Shown here in pieces: positions 14,735 through 27,480 of a DNA stretch of 64,000 bases (position 1 is its first letter; each line of letters opens with the position of its first letter). The notes under the pieces were generated by a model. It ran no database searches. It was not told where the DNA came from and saw only the letters and a list, made by a program, of their open reading frames with translations. This DNA comes from Paramecium tetraurelia (lineage: Eukaryota): positions 372,001 through 436,000 of the forward strand of contig CT868074.1 of NCBI GenBank assembly GCA_000165425.1, read 5' to 3'. Made by a program: the position numbers and the translations under genes.

Positions 14735-14762
14735 TAAAAAAAGATTTTTATTTTAATTTAAA
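14735..14762. promoter_or_regulatory. Minimal divergent intergenic region between HEATR5-like and RPL24 start codons
   Basis: Only 28 AT-rich nt separate the two head-to-head ATGs. Promoter function is inferred. Confidence 0.5.
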
Positions 14763-15307
14763 ATGGTTATCAAGACAGATTTGTGCTCTTTTAGTGAATG
14801 GCGTATTTACCCTGGACACGGTCGTAGATTTGTGGCTAAGGATGGTAGATTATTTTACTACTTGAATCAAAAGAGTAGGGCATTTTCTGCCAGAAAAGTA
14901 TAATACGAATTTTACATTCAAGATTAAAAGCCAAGAAATTCAATGGACTGTTGCTTGGAGAAGATTGAACAAGAAAATTAAGACTGATGAGGGGGCAAAG
15001 AAAAGAAGAATCAGAAACCTTAAAGTCCAAAGAGCTATTGTAGGTATATCACTTGAGGAAATCAGAAGAAGAAGAAAGGAAGATGAAAGTAAGTTTGATT
15101 TTAATATACTTTTAAATAGAAACTAGAAAGGCTCAGGCTGAATAGGCTGCAAGAGAAATCAAGGACAGAAAGCAGAAATAAATTGAAACCTAAAAATAAC
15201 AAAAGAAGGGTGTAACTACCACTCAAAAGGCTGCCTAAAAGGCTGAAACAAAAGCAGCTCAAAAAGCAGCTGCTAAGGGAGCTGGAAAACCAAAAGGAAA
15301 GAAATGA
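14763..15307 (+). CDS. RPL24: 60S ribosomal protein L24 (eL24)
   Basis: MVIKTDLCSFSEWRIYPGHGRRFVAKDGR...IQWTVAWRRLNKK...QRAIVGISLEEI. Introns 14898-14922 and 15089-15119. Confidence 0.97.
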
Positions 15308-15318
15308 TAAATTATTAA

Positions 15319-16700
15319 ATGTACATTAATAATACAATATAAACTACCTCATTTTGGAAAATCTATAGAGAACTACAAAGAAATGTTTAACCCATTATAA
15401 ATTGTATATCTCCTTAGAAAAGGATTAAGGCGAGATCATTTGAAATCGCCTCATAAAGTATGTTAATTGATGATGTTAAAAATACATCCATATAAAGACT
15501 AAGAAAAATAATCAGATCTCCTACAATCCTGACACAATTCGGGATTCCAATTAGAAGAGCTTCCAAAGTGGAAAGAGCAGATATTTTAGAAATTCTTTCA
15601 TAACGAAGTCTTGATATCTAAGATTAAAAAATTTAGCCACAAGGTAAAATTAGAAGGGTGACCTTTCATGAATTTTAGGGACAAAAATTAAAACGATTGA
15701 ATAATTTGGTGCCTCACACTCAAGTTTATCAACATTCTCATGAAGCTATTATTGTTAAGAAGAAGAAAATCAACAGATTAAAGAATCAATACAGTATTAT
15801 ATATTACAATAAGAATTTTTATAGAGATCGAGACAACGCAAAACCTATGGAGAACAAAAAAGTAAGAGTTGCCCCCTCAAAAGATTACCTAAAATAACTC
15901 ACAAGAGAGCCAAATCCATTGCAGAGTAAATATATTAAGGACCTATTCTTCCTATTGATTTTGAACTATAAAGAAAAATAGCTCTCTTATGCTTTTAAAA
16001 ACGGAGGAATACATTATTGATGTTTAGAAGAAAGACCTGTATATAAGATCGTAAAACATTACTTGTGCCCAAAGAGAAACTATTAAATTTTTAAGAAACT
16101 CTTTAAAAACAATTTAAATAACATGAAGATGCATTTGAAACCTCAGGCGAATCTTCGCCTATGCCAAATAAATCATTATAATTCAAACAAACCATCAATT
16201 TAAAATCAAAACCATAGATTCTTGAAAAACCATAATTAACTCCAAGGTATATAAATAATAATGAATATTCCATTTTTCATCGAAAAACCTCTTTTAACAT
16301 TATTAATAAATACCTTTAAGAAAAGTAAGTCAGAAATAAATTTTGTTTATCTCCACAAAACCAATAAGTACCCAAAATTAAATCGCCAACACTAAAAGAA
16401 TTAAATTTATATTTTCTGTCAACAAAGAGAAATACTGAAAATACTTCAAAATAATCGTAATATACATAACATAGCCAATTGAAATCTTAAATTTCAATTC
16501 ATACTTCAAGATCTAATGGTATCAAAGAAATAGATGACTTACAATTGCATTAAACAAAAATCCAATAAATACAAAATTTTGAGTTTAAAAAACTATCTCA
16601 AAATACATCAATAACACACATAAAAACTTTACCTTGTGAGCATCAAGGATCTAAAACAAAATAATTTTATCTAAAAAAATTAAAACCATATTATTAGTGA
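15319..16700 (+). CDS. Hypothetical basic low-complexity protein
   Basis: ATG at 15319. A 20-nt intron at 15794-15813 restores the frame. TGA at 16698-16700. Confidence 0.65.
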
Positions 16701-16737
16701 AAAATGACATACTTATCTTCTATATCTATATCAATTT

Positions 16738-17939
16738 TCAATAATTTAACTTGATTTATTCATTCCTTGCCCAAAACTCAGGTTGGCTTATTAAATTCAT
16801 GGCTTTCTCGATGGATAATAATTGATTATTGTATTCCTTAAATTATTTTTGACTTCCATTTTTCTTCAATTTATCTACCATTATTAATAAATTCTTTCTC
16901 CTTTGAATAAAACTCTTAATCTTTCCTATTTGATTCAATATCATCTTTAATTTATCTTATTTTTTCCTCTGTAACTGATAAATTGTAAATCAATTCGGCA
17001 ATATCTTTTTTGAAAATTAAAAGCTCTCCATCTAATTAATGTTTTTAATCTTCATATTCTTTTTATTATTCTGCGTCATAGGCAATATCTGAGTTCTTAT
17101 GATCAATAAATTATTTTCTTAAATTATTAAAGGCTTCTAAAATCTAAAAGATAATGATAAATTGATATAATACATATTTTTAAACTCTTGTATCAGTATA
17201 TTTAGCTGATTCAGTAGTTTCTAGTAACTCTTTCATGTCGATCCCTCCAATTAACATTGTAGCTGCAAAAATCTTTCTTGTAATAATTTTAACTCTATCA
17301 ACTTGAATGAACTCTTCATTTGCAAATATCCCCTAGAGTAAAGCAATACACATATCAACTTGTGCAACCATATGTTCATATTGTGATACTAGAATGAATA
17401 TATTTATTACAAGTATCTAAGAACTTTTCATTCTGCTTTTATCTAGTGAATGTTAGATATTCTAATTATTTTCTATTTTCTTAGACATTTTTATCTAAAT
17501 TTTCTAATCTCTTGTTTATATTCACTATATAATCGTGCATTTATGTATCTAAATAGTCTGTATTCCTAGCTATAAAAGTAACTGTCTCATCTATTTCTAA
17601 ATCTAATTATTCCCTTTTGCTATCATAAACATTAATAGCTTTATCACTAGCAAATTCATGATCATGCCTCAAATCCTTTACTTATTCAGTCTAAGGGATT
17701 ATGATAACTTTTTCTATACCACTGATGTTAGAACATCTGCTAGTTCTTTCAATGCTGAGTCACCTGAAAATGCCAATTAACTTAAATTCCACGCAATCTT
17801 ACCCCAACTTGTTTTCTTGTCTATTTCATCATTATCTATTTACTTTCAGTTCTTCTACGCCATCTTGTTTACTAATACTTACACAATTGATTGTGCAAAT
17901 TAACAATAAGAGAACAAGTTCCGTTTTTTGAGTTTTCAT
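16738..17939 (-). CDS. Trichocyst matrix protein-like secretory precursor
   Basis: Signal-peptide-like N-terminus (LVLLLLICTINC). EELKKTSWGKIAWNLSQLAFSGDSALKELADVL resembles the N-terminal block of ciliate granule lattice/trichocyst proteins. Acidic coiled coil, several introns. Confidence 0.6.
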
Positions 17940-18251
17940 AAAATTATTTTTATTAATAGCAAATTAATATTAATACAAAAATGTTTCTACTTAAAATTCT
18001 TACTTTTTTTTCTTTCAATTATCCGTTCATCTTTTTGATAATCACATATAAGTTAAGTAATTTTATATCTTTAATTATTTAAATGGTATTCATATTGAAA
18101 TTTTGAGGCATTTAACATTTTAAATCGAATAAATATGTTTTCTTTGTTAATGTGGAGAAATTTTATAATTTTCCTGTTCCCTGAATTAATACTTGAGTAA
18201 GATGATTTTAAAATTTAATAATTAGTATAAATTTTTCAATAGAAACGAAAA

Positions 18252-19806
18252 ATGCAAAATAAGAAAAACGATCTTGCCTTTCAAAAATAGCATTCATTAC
18301 CAAATTTTAATCCCAAATAGTTTCAATAGGTATACATTTCTATGATTTGTTGTAGGAGGAAATTGATTTAGAAAATTTAATCATGCAAGCAAAAAAAGCA
18401 AACAATACTCTGTTTATAAAAGAATACCCCTTGAATTAAGCTAAAGCTCTCTATTACATTGTACGAATTAAATTAAAGGGGAAAGATGAACAAAAGTTCT
18501 TTGAAACAAATCCAGACTTATTATTTATATTAAGAAGAGGACTCACGATTTTAAATCTTAATAATAGTTACACAATTTTGAGAAAAGGATTGCCAAAGTT
18601 TTACGATTTGTAAATAATTTTATTAATTTAGAGGTGACTTTTGGAAAGCTAAGGAGTAATAATAATAAAATTAGTTTTTATTTACCAACTAATTACGTAA
18701 TGCTTATTAATCATTGAAACTAAGTATTCCTGTAACTATTGTTTAATAACAATAAGAAAATGGAGAAAATTTCCAAATATCCTTTTCTTCTATTTTATAA
18801 ACTTGGGTTATTTCATCAAAAAATGTCTCTATATTTTGTAAAAACAATGATGAGTACTTGGTTAATTGTCCTAATAAAGATATTGATTGTCCAGAAAGAT
18901 TACCTTGGTAGATTGCTGAAATTTGGTTTTCTGAAATGAGTGAAAGGAATGTAGAATAATTGCAAAAGGATTTAACTGATTTCACATTAGTTGGAGAATT
19001 CGTTAATAACCCTTATTTTGTACATATTATCGAATATCAACAACCTGCCCTTAAGTTTTTTGCATTAATAAATAATCATGTAATTGTCACTAATTTTTTT
19101 AGCAAAGAAACTTCTGTTGTCATACTATCCAAGCAGAACATCTAGCCAATAAACATAATCTCCAATTTGTTAAAACCAAATATATGCAAGCAAATAACAA
19201 TATAATTTTGGATAAACATTTATAAAGAATTTATGACAATATCAAACAAAGTCCTTTGTCGATATCTGGCGAGGGAGTGGTTTTGTATTTGTTTAATGAA
19301 TTTGAATGTTTGGCGATTAGCAAAATAAAAACTATAGAATGTATTTGATAAATATAAGTGAGATGAATAGCATAAATTATTTAGATCAAAATTGACCACA
19401 TTAACTAAGTAATGTTAAGAAACTCAATTGAGTTATGCTGATGCTTACTAATAAGAAGCAAACGATTTGAACTAATATGATGACAGAGATATAACTAGAG
19501 CGATTGAAATGAATACTTATATATTGCTGAGTTTGTAATAGTATAAGAATATATCTAATATTTAGTTATCTAATAAAGGTGAAGTAGAAGGATCTTTATT
19601 ATTAAGAATAATTGTTTAAAATGTGTTCTAAATATTATATGTAGTTTTATAATCAAATAGTTGAATTAACAAAAACATATAATGTGAAAAATTATGAATA
19701 GGACAATATTTTTAAATACTTTGACTAATTATACTAATATCCTTTGGCGTTTAAAAAATAAGAGATGTAACAAAAATAAGAAATTTAAATTGATGAGTTT
19801 GAATGA
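18252..19806 (+). CDS. ATP-dependent RNA ligase-like nucleotidyltransferase (Rnl1/Trl1-LIG type), motif-I Lys replaced by Gln
   Basis: LRRG, LRKGLPKFYDL, QENGENFQIS (motif I), WVISSKNV (Ia), TLVGEF (III), HIIEY...LKFFAL (IIIa), GEGVVLYL (IV), SKIKTIEY (V), all in canonical order. Five or more short introns. Confidence 0.7.
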
Positions 19807-19836
19807 ATATCTGTAAATTTTATAATAATAATAAAT

Positions 19837-21061
19837 TCAAAATATTTATTTTTCTAGTTGTATGAGCAACTCAATATCTCTTATAGTCTTTTCACTTAAA
19901 TCATTATTAAAGTCTAAAGTGTCACTTTCCTAAGCGAATAAATGAATTATTTACAATTTATTAAATGTAATCCTACAACTTTTTTAATCCTAACTGGCTC
20001 TCTAGACTCATTCTCAGTTCCTCAAGTTTACAAGCATTGAAGTTATTTGGTGTATTAATTTTTGCTTTTTATAAGTGTAAAGTATATTTTTCCAAATATT
20101 TTTTAGCACCAATAAGTAGGATTTCCTATTTTAACAAGTCATTAATATTGAATCTTTTATTTGGATCTACTACTAATAATTTAGTAACTAAATTTTTGAG
20201 TTCATCTGAATAGTGCTTGGGAATGGGCGGATATTATCCCCTTAGAATCTTAATGCCTAAACCTTCAATGGCTATGAGTAAAATCTTGTTTCAAATACTT
20301 TTAGCATCAAATGCATGTCTGAGTGATATCATTTCATACAAAACACACCCTAAACTCCACATATCAGATTTTTGAGAATAAGGTTTAGATTGAAAGGCCT
20401 CTGGACTTATGTAATATGGAGTTCCAATTGAAGTTTTACATAACTATTCTTTGCATTCCATTTCCTTAGCAATTCCAAAATCGCCCAATTTAATAAAGTT
20501 ATCCTTGGTTATGAAAATATTTTATGTTTTAATATCCCTGTGAATAATATTTTGATCATGCAAGTATTTAACAGCCAAACACAATTGAGTAAACCAATCA
20601 ATTATTACAGTTTCATTTAAATATTCATTATTCTGTTTATATTCTAGCAACATTTATTCCAAATTGCCCTTTTCAGCATATTCCATAACTATGCATAAAT
20701 TTGTACTATTTTATAAATTTCAATATACACATTTTCAAAAAATGACTCATAATATTTAATAACGCTAGGATGCTTTAGATCTTTCATAATCTTGGCCTCG
20801 CATATAGCATTTTCCTTTTATTTATTATTCATATTTGAGATATCAATAACCTATATAAATTAAATGCTATCAAACCTTGATGATGCATTATAGTTTCGTA
20901 TTCAATTATATGGCCAAATAAGCTGCTCCATAGCTTCCCTTGCCTTTCACTTCTAACTTTTGATAATTGTTGATTGCATCATGCAATTCAATCTTCTCTT
21001 TTTGTTAGACTTCTTCTCCAATTGAAAGTGTGCAATTACTCCAAGAATTTATTTAATCCAT
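19837..21061 (-). CDS. NIMA-related (NEK) Ser/Thr kinase
   Basis: [66 protein letters not shown]. Confidence 0.95.
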
Positions 21062-21129
21062 TTAATTTGAAAATGATAATTTATAGAATTTATTAATATT
21101 TTAAAATGTATTCGTTGTAATGATGTTCA

Positions 21130-22592
21130 ATGAAGAGTCTAGATGCTTTTTTATATGATCAAACAATTAAACGAAGAGTATTTTAACAAATTAATGTAGT
21201 CTATAAGTTATTTAAATATGTAATAAAATAAATTTTAGAAAATCAATAATAACAGTTCCTCTATTGTTGATGTCCACTTGATATCTCATTACATTCTGGA
21301 TCAAATCATAGGCTCGTGCACTATTTTACTATAGGAACATTTTATAATAAACTCAACCCCTAAATATACAGAATTCGCAACTATTATGCTTTTGAACAAT
21401 CTCATTAAGCATTACATTGATGTTCCATTTGAAATGAATGTCACTTAGGATGAAGAACCACTTCCTTCTTAGAAAGATTCCTATTCAGGTTTAATACAAG
21501 TAGATCCGTAAAAAAAAGATATAGAAATTATTTGTGAAAAAGATCTTACAAGATCAACTAAATTTTTAAGATAATCATCTCGAATGAAATCAAATTCAGT
21601 GAGTGTTGTTGTAACCATGAATAGATCCACTTATAAAAAACAAACTTCGAAAAAATAAAGTATTGAAGTTGTTAAACTTGATGAACCGAATCAATAAATT
21701 GATGAAAAGGAACAATATTTTAGATATCAGCATGAATTAAAGTGCAAAATGCTTGAATAAATAGCTAGGTAATTATATTAGGAATATTTTAAGAAATGAA
21801 AAAAGATTAGAGGAAGATAGGGCGAAATAGAAAAATCAATTAGAATAATTGAAAAAAAAATAAAACTATGCTAATTGTGGATACGATTATGATGGATCAA
21901 TTTTACCTTACAATAAACCTTTCATGTAAGCGAAACTTTATCATCTGTAATCTAAAATATTAAAGAAAAAATAAGATAAGAAGAAATAGGATAATAAGAC
22001 TAGAGTTGAAAATATTTATATCAGGAATCAAACCAAAATTGATGTTCATTAGATGAGTTAGCAAAAATTTGAGGAAGATTTAAGATAAAGCTAAATTAAT
22101 AAGTTTGAACCTGGGTTGGTGAGAAATATGAATGGTTTCAGTAAAGTAGAGAAATTGGACTTATTAAAAAATGATTCTTCATTAAGAATGACAAAAAAGT
22201 AATATGAAGAAACATCAGAGATTGTATATACAGAATCCTTTGTAAATCTCCATAAATAACATACCAATATTGAAAGTTAATTTCCTGAAACTAAAAGTCC
22301 TATCGCTAATAATATTAAATTTAAGGTTTCCTCTCAAAGAGATGGAGAGATAAAGTATCAATAATAAAACTATTAATTCCTCTTGACGGAGCCAGATGAT
22401 GATAGAGAAATAAATTTACAAAGTGATATCGAGAGGGTTAAAAAATTGAAAAAAAAAGAATAATACCAGAAATAAAACACATAACAATTGGTCTCTTTTG
22501 CAAATGAACAAGGGAAACTTCCTGCACTTAAAAAATCCTAATAAAATAAATTGAATGAAAAAATTAAAAGATCTCAAACTCAACATTGCTGA
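21130..22592 (+). CDS. Hypothetical protein with a C2orf81/DUF4639-like N-terminal block
   Basis: YILDQIIGSC...TPKYTEFATIMLL...QDEEPLPSQKDSY resembles the DEEP...D-S/W motif. Low-complexity C-terminus, several introns. Confidence 0.5.
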
Positions 22593-22846
22593 TTATCTAT
22601 ATGATTTTTAATATGTTCCATTTTTTATAAAATTCTATTGTTTTGATAAACATGATAAGATAGAAAAATAAAAATATCACACAATTTTAATAAGATAAAT
22701 CAATTTTTCAAATAATTATTGGAATAATAAATGAATCTTAAAATTAAGATCTGTTTTTATAATCAGATTTCTGTTTAAGGAATTTACTATGAACAACCAA
22801 GAAGTCAAAATTTTGACAATTCTAAATATTGTAAATTAAAATAATA

Positions 22847-25437
22847 ATGGATTAATTGAATTCATGGGGTTATTGTAATCCAACTAATTGGGAAGATAAA
22901 CTTCCAAAACCATATAAGTACTTTGATTGTTCACTACTTTAGATACATAAACAAACTCTTAAATACTATGATACTTAATGAAGTCTACAACAAAGTTTTC
23001 GAAATTGAAAAATATCGTTCTGATCCAAACTATGAAGGACAATTAAGAATGTTGCCTCCTTAAGGTGTTTTTGACATTCCTTAATTGAGTTGTGTTAGTC
23101 GAGATAGTTCAAGCAATTTAGTAGCAGCTGGAGACACTTAGGGAAATTTAATGATATTAGACTTAAGCAAGAAACTAAGAATTGCCAAGAAAGAAACAAA
23201 TGGGAAAAGAATACTTAAAGTATGTTTGAGCAGTAGAGATCAAGCGCCTGATGATTATAAGAATGTTTGTGTGTAGAAAGTCATTACTAATTTAGGATTG
23301 GAGTTGTTTAACATAATGATCCAGTTGTGTACATTTATCGATTCAAGCCATTAGAAAATAAATTATTGCTTCATCATACGATTACAATGTCAAAGGACAA
23401 GAATGCAATTGGTGAATATCCAGTCGATGTAGACATAAGTTAATATTCTTAATATATAACTGTTACATAATATAATGGAAGTGTTAAAGTGTTTAGAATT
23501 CCAGATTTAAAAATAGATCTATAATCAAATTCAAGCCAAATATCAAGCAACAGCGTTGGAGCACAAAGTCCAAGACACTTATAAAGTCAATTCAAACCAT
23601 CACCAATAAAAGGGAAAGAATAGCCAATAGTTGTTCCAGTGCAATAATAACAGCAAATTTAAACATCTCCAATGGATATTACATGCTCTGAATTAACCGA
23701 TTTGGTGTATTAGGTGAAGTTCAATGGAATAAAGAAAACATTAGATTATAATGGAATAATAGCTAAAATCAAATAAGATTTGACTACTCCAAAAGAGCCT
23801 CCTCCTGAAGAAAAAGTTGATCCTAAGAAGAAGGCTCCTGTTCCTGCAAAAAAACCAGTCGAAGTAGCACCTGTACCAGTTGTAGAGGAAATACTATATG
23901 ATGAAAATGAAAATGGAGCAGTACCAAACGATGATGCTTATCCAACTCAAAAGTATCGAGCAATGGTTGAATTTATAATTGAAAGGTTTAGTGTTCAAAA
24001 TGGAAATAAAACATTTAATTCATATAAGTAGCATGAATGTGTCACAGGCATAGTTGTAGGTTGGACTAATACAACAAGACTTGAATTGCATCGTTTTACT
24101 AGTGCTAAGAGATCTGCACTTCCAGAGTACTTAAGTGCCTCATTTGGATTGCCAACTTAATAGCTGTTAAAGCAATAAGCATCAATTACTGAGGTCTAAA
24201 TTCTTTACCCTTTGAGTTGTATGGCCATATCCAAATCATCGGTTTATTTGGCTGCTGGATTATAATAAGGTAGTGTGTTTGTGTATGATTTGATCTTGGA
24301 ATAAGAGAGGTTTTATTTAGATAAGCATATGTACGCTTGCACTCAGATTCAATTTTGTGATGATAGCAGATTGGTTTCATCTTCATATGATGGAGGTGTT
24401 AACATATATGATATAAAGGAAGGGAAGTTGTTGTGTAAACGAACTCATCAATTTAGGAAGGGAAGTAAAGTCAAAATGGAAGAACAAAAGCAAGGATTGT
24501 GGAGGATTATTGGGATGAGTGTCAGTCATACTGGAGTGGCAGCTGCTTTGGATGCACAATAAGAAGTGAGAATTTATGATGTCTGGCATGGTGAAAAAAT
24601 AGGGAAACTCTCTCCTTAATAAGTGATGGATGATAAGTTGAGATAATGGGTTTAAGATAAGGCATTGGTGGCCTGTTATAAAAATGAAATTTTAATCTCC
24701 GCTGATGTCTTGCAAGCCAATTAATATACTACTTTACAAATTTTCAAGATATTTGACAATTTAGTTAATTTGTTTCCAGGATTAGCTAATATTTATAGGA
24801 AGGGAATTGAAAAAGATAAAGTCATGAACCTATTCGAAAAAATACCTAACAGTGAATTACAAAATCCATAATTCGATATTCCCAATCTTTAAGGAAATGG
24901 CAATAATTAATTGAAAATCCCTGGATAAGAACATAGACCTAGTTAACAAAGAGGAAGCTAATAAAGAATTGGGTATGCCTATTAATAACTATAAGATCAT
25001 AACATGGTTCTCACAAAAGTGGTAAATTGCCTCCTGCAGCCCCATCAAGTATCAAGGGAGGTCCTGTCTCTCTCATTAATTCATTGCATAAATCTAATCA
25101 TTCAGATTAATAGGTTGATTTTAATTCCTCTTTCAAAAGTTATCAAGCTTCTTCAATGTCGCATAGACTCTCAAAATAAAATTCCAAACAGGCCATTTTG
25201 ACTAAAGAAATGCTACATCCTGAATAGTTCTTGTTGGAGAAGGAAAAAACTTTTATTCCACTCTTAATCAAGGATGACACCAGCATGGTTGAGCGGTGTC
25301 GAAGTAGAAATTCTGAAAGGTTGGTGAGGATTGAGAAGGTCAGTAATATGATCTAGAAAGTGGGATAGTAATTGGCTTAAGAGGAGGAAAAGAAGAAGCT
25401 TCAAGAGCGTCATCGTTAATTGTCTTCTGCTAAATGA
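22847..25437 (+). CDS. WDR93: WD40-repeat ciliary protein, WDR93-like
   Basis: N-terminal EDKLPKP..RYINKLL motif, WD40 blades (LVAAGDTQGNLMILD; LVSSSYDGGVNIYD), internal PEEKVDPKKKAP linker. TGA at 25435-25437. Confidence 0.65.
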
Positions 25438-25857
25438 TTAATTAATTATGTATTTGTTGTAATGAGCCCAAAAAATATAAATGTCCTAAATGTGAAATGC
25501 CCTATTGCAGTGCTGCATGTTTCAAGCTTCATAGTTGCAAACCCATCCAAAAGAAACCATAAGTATAAGATCAAGAACCTTTTAAAAGTGATTATATTGA
25601 TGAGGAATATAAATTATCCAAAGAGAAATTAGATATCCTTAGTAAATGTCGCATCTAATTATATAGAAAGAAGTTAAAAGATAAGAAAGTTTGTTTCCAA
25701 TAAGCGTCTTTAAAAATTATTGATTCATATTGATAATAGTAAGTACAGATTTAAAGAATTAAACACTTGCATGCAAAATGATAAAGATTTTGAGGATTTT
25801 TGTACATTGATGTTATCTGAAATGGGACATATTGATGAAAATGGACAGTTTAAATGA
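25434..25857 (+). CDS. ZNHIT3: zf-HIT protein, ZNHIT3/Hit1-like (box C/D snoRNP assembly)
   Basis: MINQLCICCNEPKKYKCPKCEMPYCSAACFKLH. C-terminal LQKLLIHIDNS...MQNDKDFEDFCTLML. Intron about 25642-25666. Confidence 0.85.
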
Positions 25858-25987
25858 TCAGCCATAAAATATTTTATTATAAAATTCAGATTATTTTATT
25901 TTTCAGTCTAAAAATTAAAAAGGAATTATGAATTATCTAATTTGTTTAGGAAGTTCTAAATAATAATAAAATCATATAAAAAACCTT

Positions 25988-26854
25988 ATGATTCATTTTG
26001 TAGAAGTTGCTTTAATATGGGCACTGCCAGCAATCCTGATTAATAAATTGATCTTCTACATGATTTATAAGATTGGTGGAAATCATGAATGTATAGTGGA
26101 TGTAGCCTACTCCATAAGTCATTTAGTTGCAGGGATGGTCTATTTTATATTCTCAACAATATCAACTCCAGGAAAGATAGTAACAATAATACAAAAATTT
26201 TAAGATTAATATCCTTCTTGTTGCATTTTGGTCATTAAGGCTTGGTGGGTTCTTGTGTGTAACTAGAGTTTTGGCTGGTTTTAAGGATGAGAGATATGAT
26301 AATATCTTTAGAGAATACAATGCAGATAAATTTAAGAAGGAGGTAATGGTCCTTGTGTAATTTATGTTCTAAGGATTGATAGTATTCGTAACTAGCATAC
26401 CATTATATTTTTTGTTTCTCAATGATCTCACTTGGAAACCAGAAGATTTCAATGGTTTGAATGTGATGAATTATATTGCTTTATCGATAATTCCTTTCAG
26501 TATTTGCTTAGAAGCAACCGCTGGTAAATTGCATTCATATTTTTAGATATACAATTGGAGAAGTTCAAGAAGTAGAAACAATAGGGATTGATACCAAGAG
26601 AAGATTTAATGGAAACTGGACTTTGGAGAAGGAGTCGTCATCCTAATTTATTTTTTGATTTGGTTACTTGGTTCTGTTTTGCCTTAGCAGCAATTAATGA
26701 TGCAATAAGTTTGTGTGCTCTGATAGGTCCAATTGCTCTGTTTTGTGTAATGGAATTTCTCACAACTCCGTTAACTGAAGCGCATATGAAAAAGAAAAGA
26801 GCTGACACTTATGCTTAATATGTTGCTAGAACTAATAAATATTTGGTTATGTGA
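25988..26854 (+). CDS. DUF1295 / steroid 5-alpha-reductase-like membrane protein
   Basis: VDVAYS, WSLRLGGFL, KDERY, IQLEKFK, METGLWRRSRHPNLFFD, YAQYVARTNKY. Two introns. Confidence 0.9.
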
Positions 26855-26891
26855 TGGTTCTGTGATGATCATTATTGGTTGTATTATAATT

Positions 26892-27417
26892 TCAATTAAA
26901 ACTAAATTAATCTTTTGGTAGTGGGGTTTTTGTAGTTCTCAGATATTCACTTTTTGAATCTCCAGTGGTTATGGGATTTCGAGATAAATTATCTCTGGAT
27001 GGGAGATCCGAAGTTTTTAACTATTGCTTGTAAACACAATCTGAATTGTTACCAGGTTCAGCAACTTTGATACAATGAGGTTTGAAGACTTATTCTTTTC
27101 GATTTTCTGAGAACTAATTTTTAGTAGAAGAAATTTAATACATCGAAGACACTTGTGGCTTGGTTGCTGAATTAAGTTGTTTTTACAGTGGGTTTGTGAA
27201 GAGTAGGGGCATTGGTTATTAAGCTAGTGACTTAAAAAAGGGGAGTCGATTATCTTTCATTTTATTTGTTGGCGCATTTCTCTTTGGCTGCTTGGTAAAG
27301 AACAAGATCAGATTGCTTTGGAGGTTTATCAACTTAGTTGACTGATTGATTAATAAAACACTTAGAAGACGAAGTTTTATATTAATTCACTGTTTGAAAA
27401 TTACTCTAATTATCCAT
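26892..27417 (-). CDS. Hypothetical protein (165 aa)
   Basis: ATG at 27417. One 28-nt intron restores the frame. Ends ...SRNPITTGD...QFSFN*. Confidence 0.65.
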
Positions 27418-27480
27418 TTTAGCTTGTTTGTTAATTAAATTATAAATTACTTCATACAAATATAAAATATTATAATATAC

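Noticed and set aside
15926..15939. Apparent 14-nt intron gtaaatatattaag that would fix a frame break
   Set aside because: A normal 20-nt intron at 15794-15813 explains the frame change.
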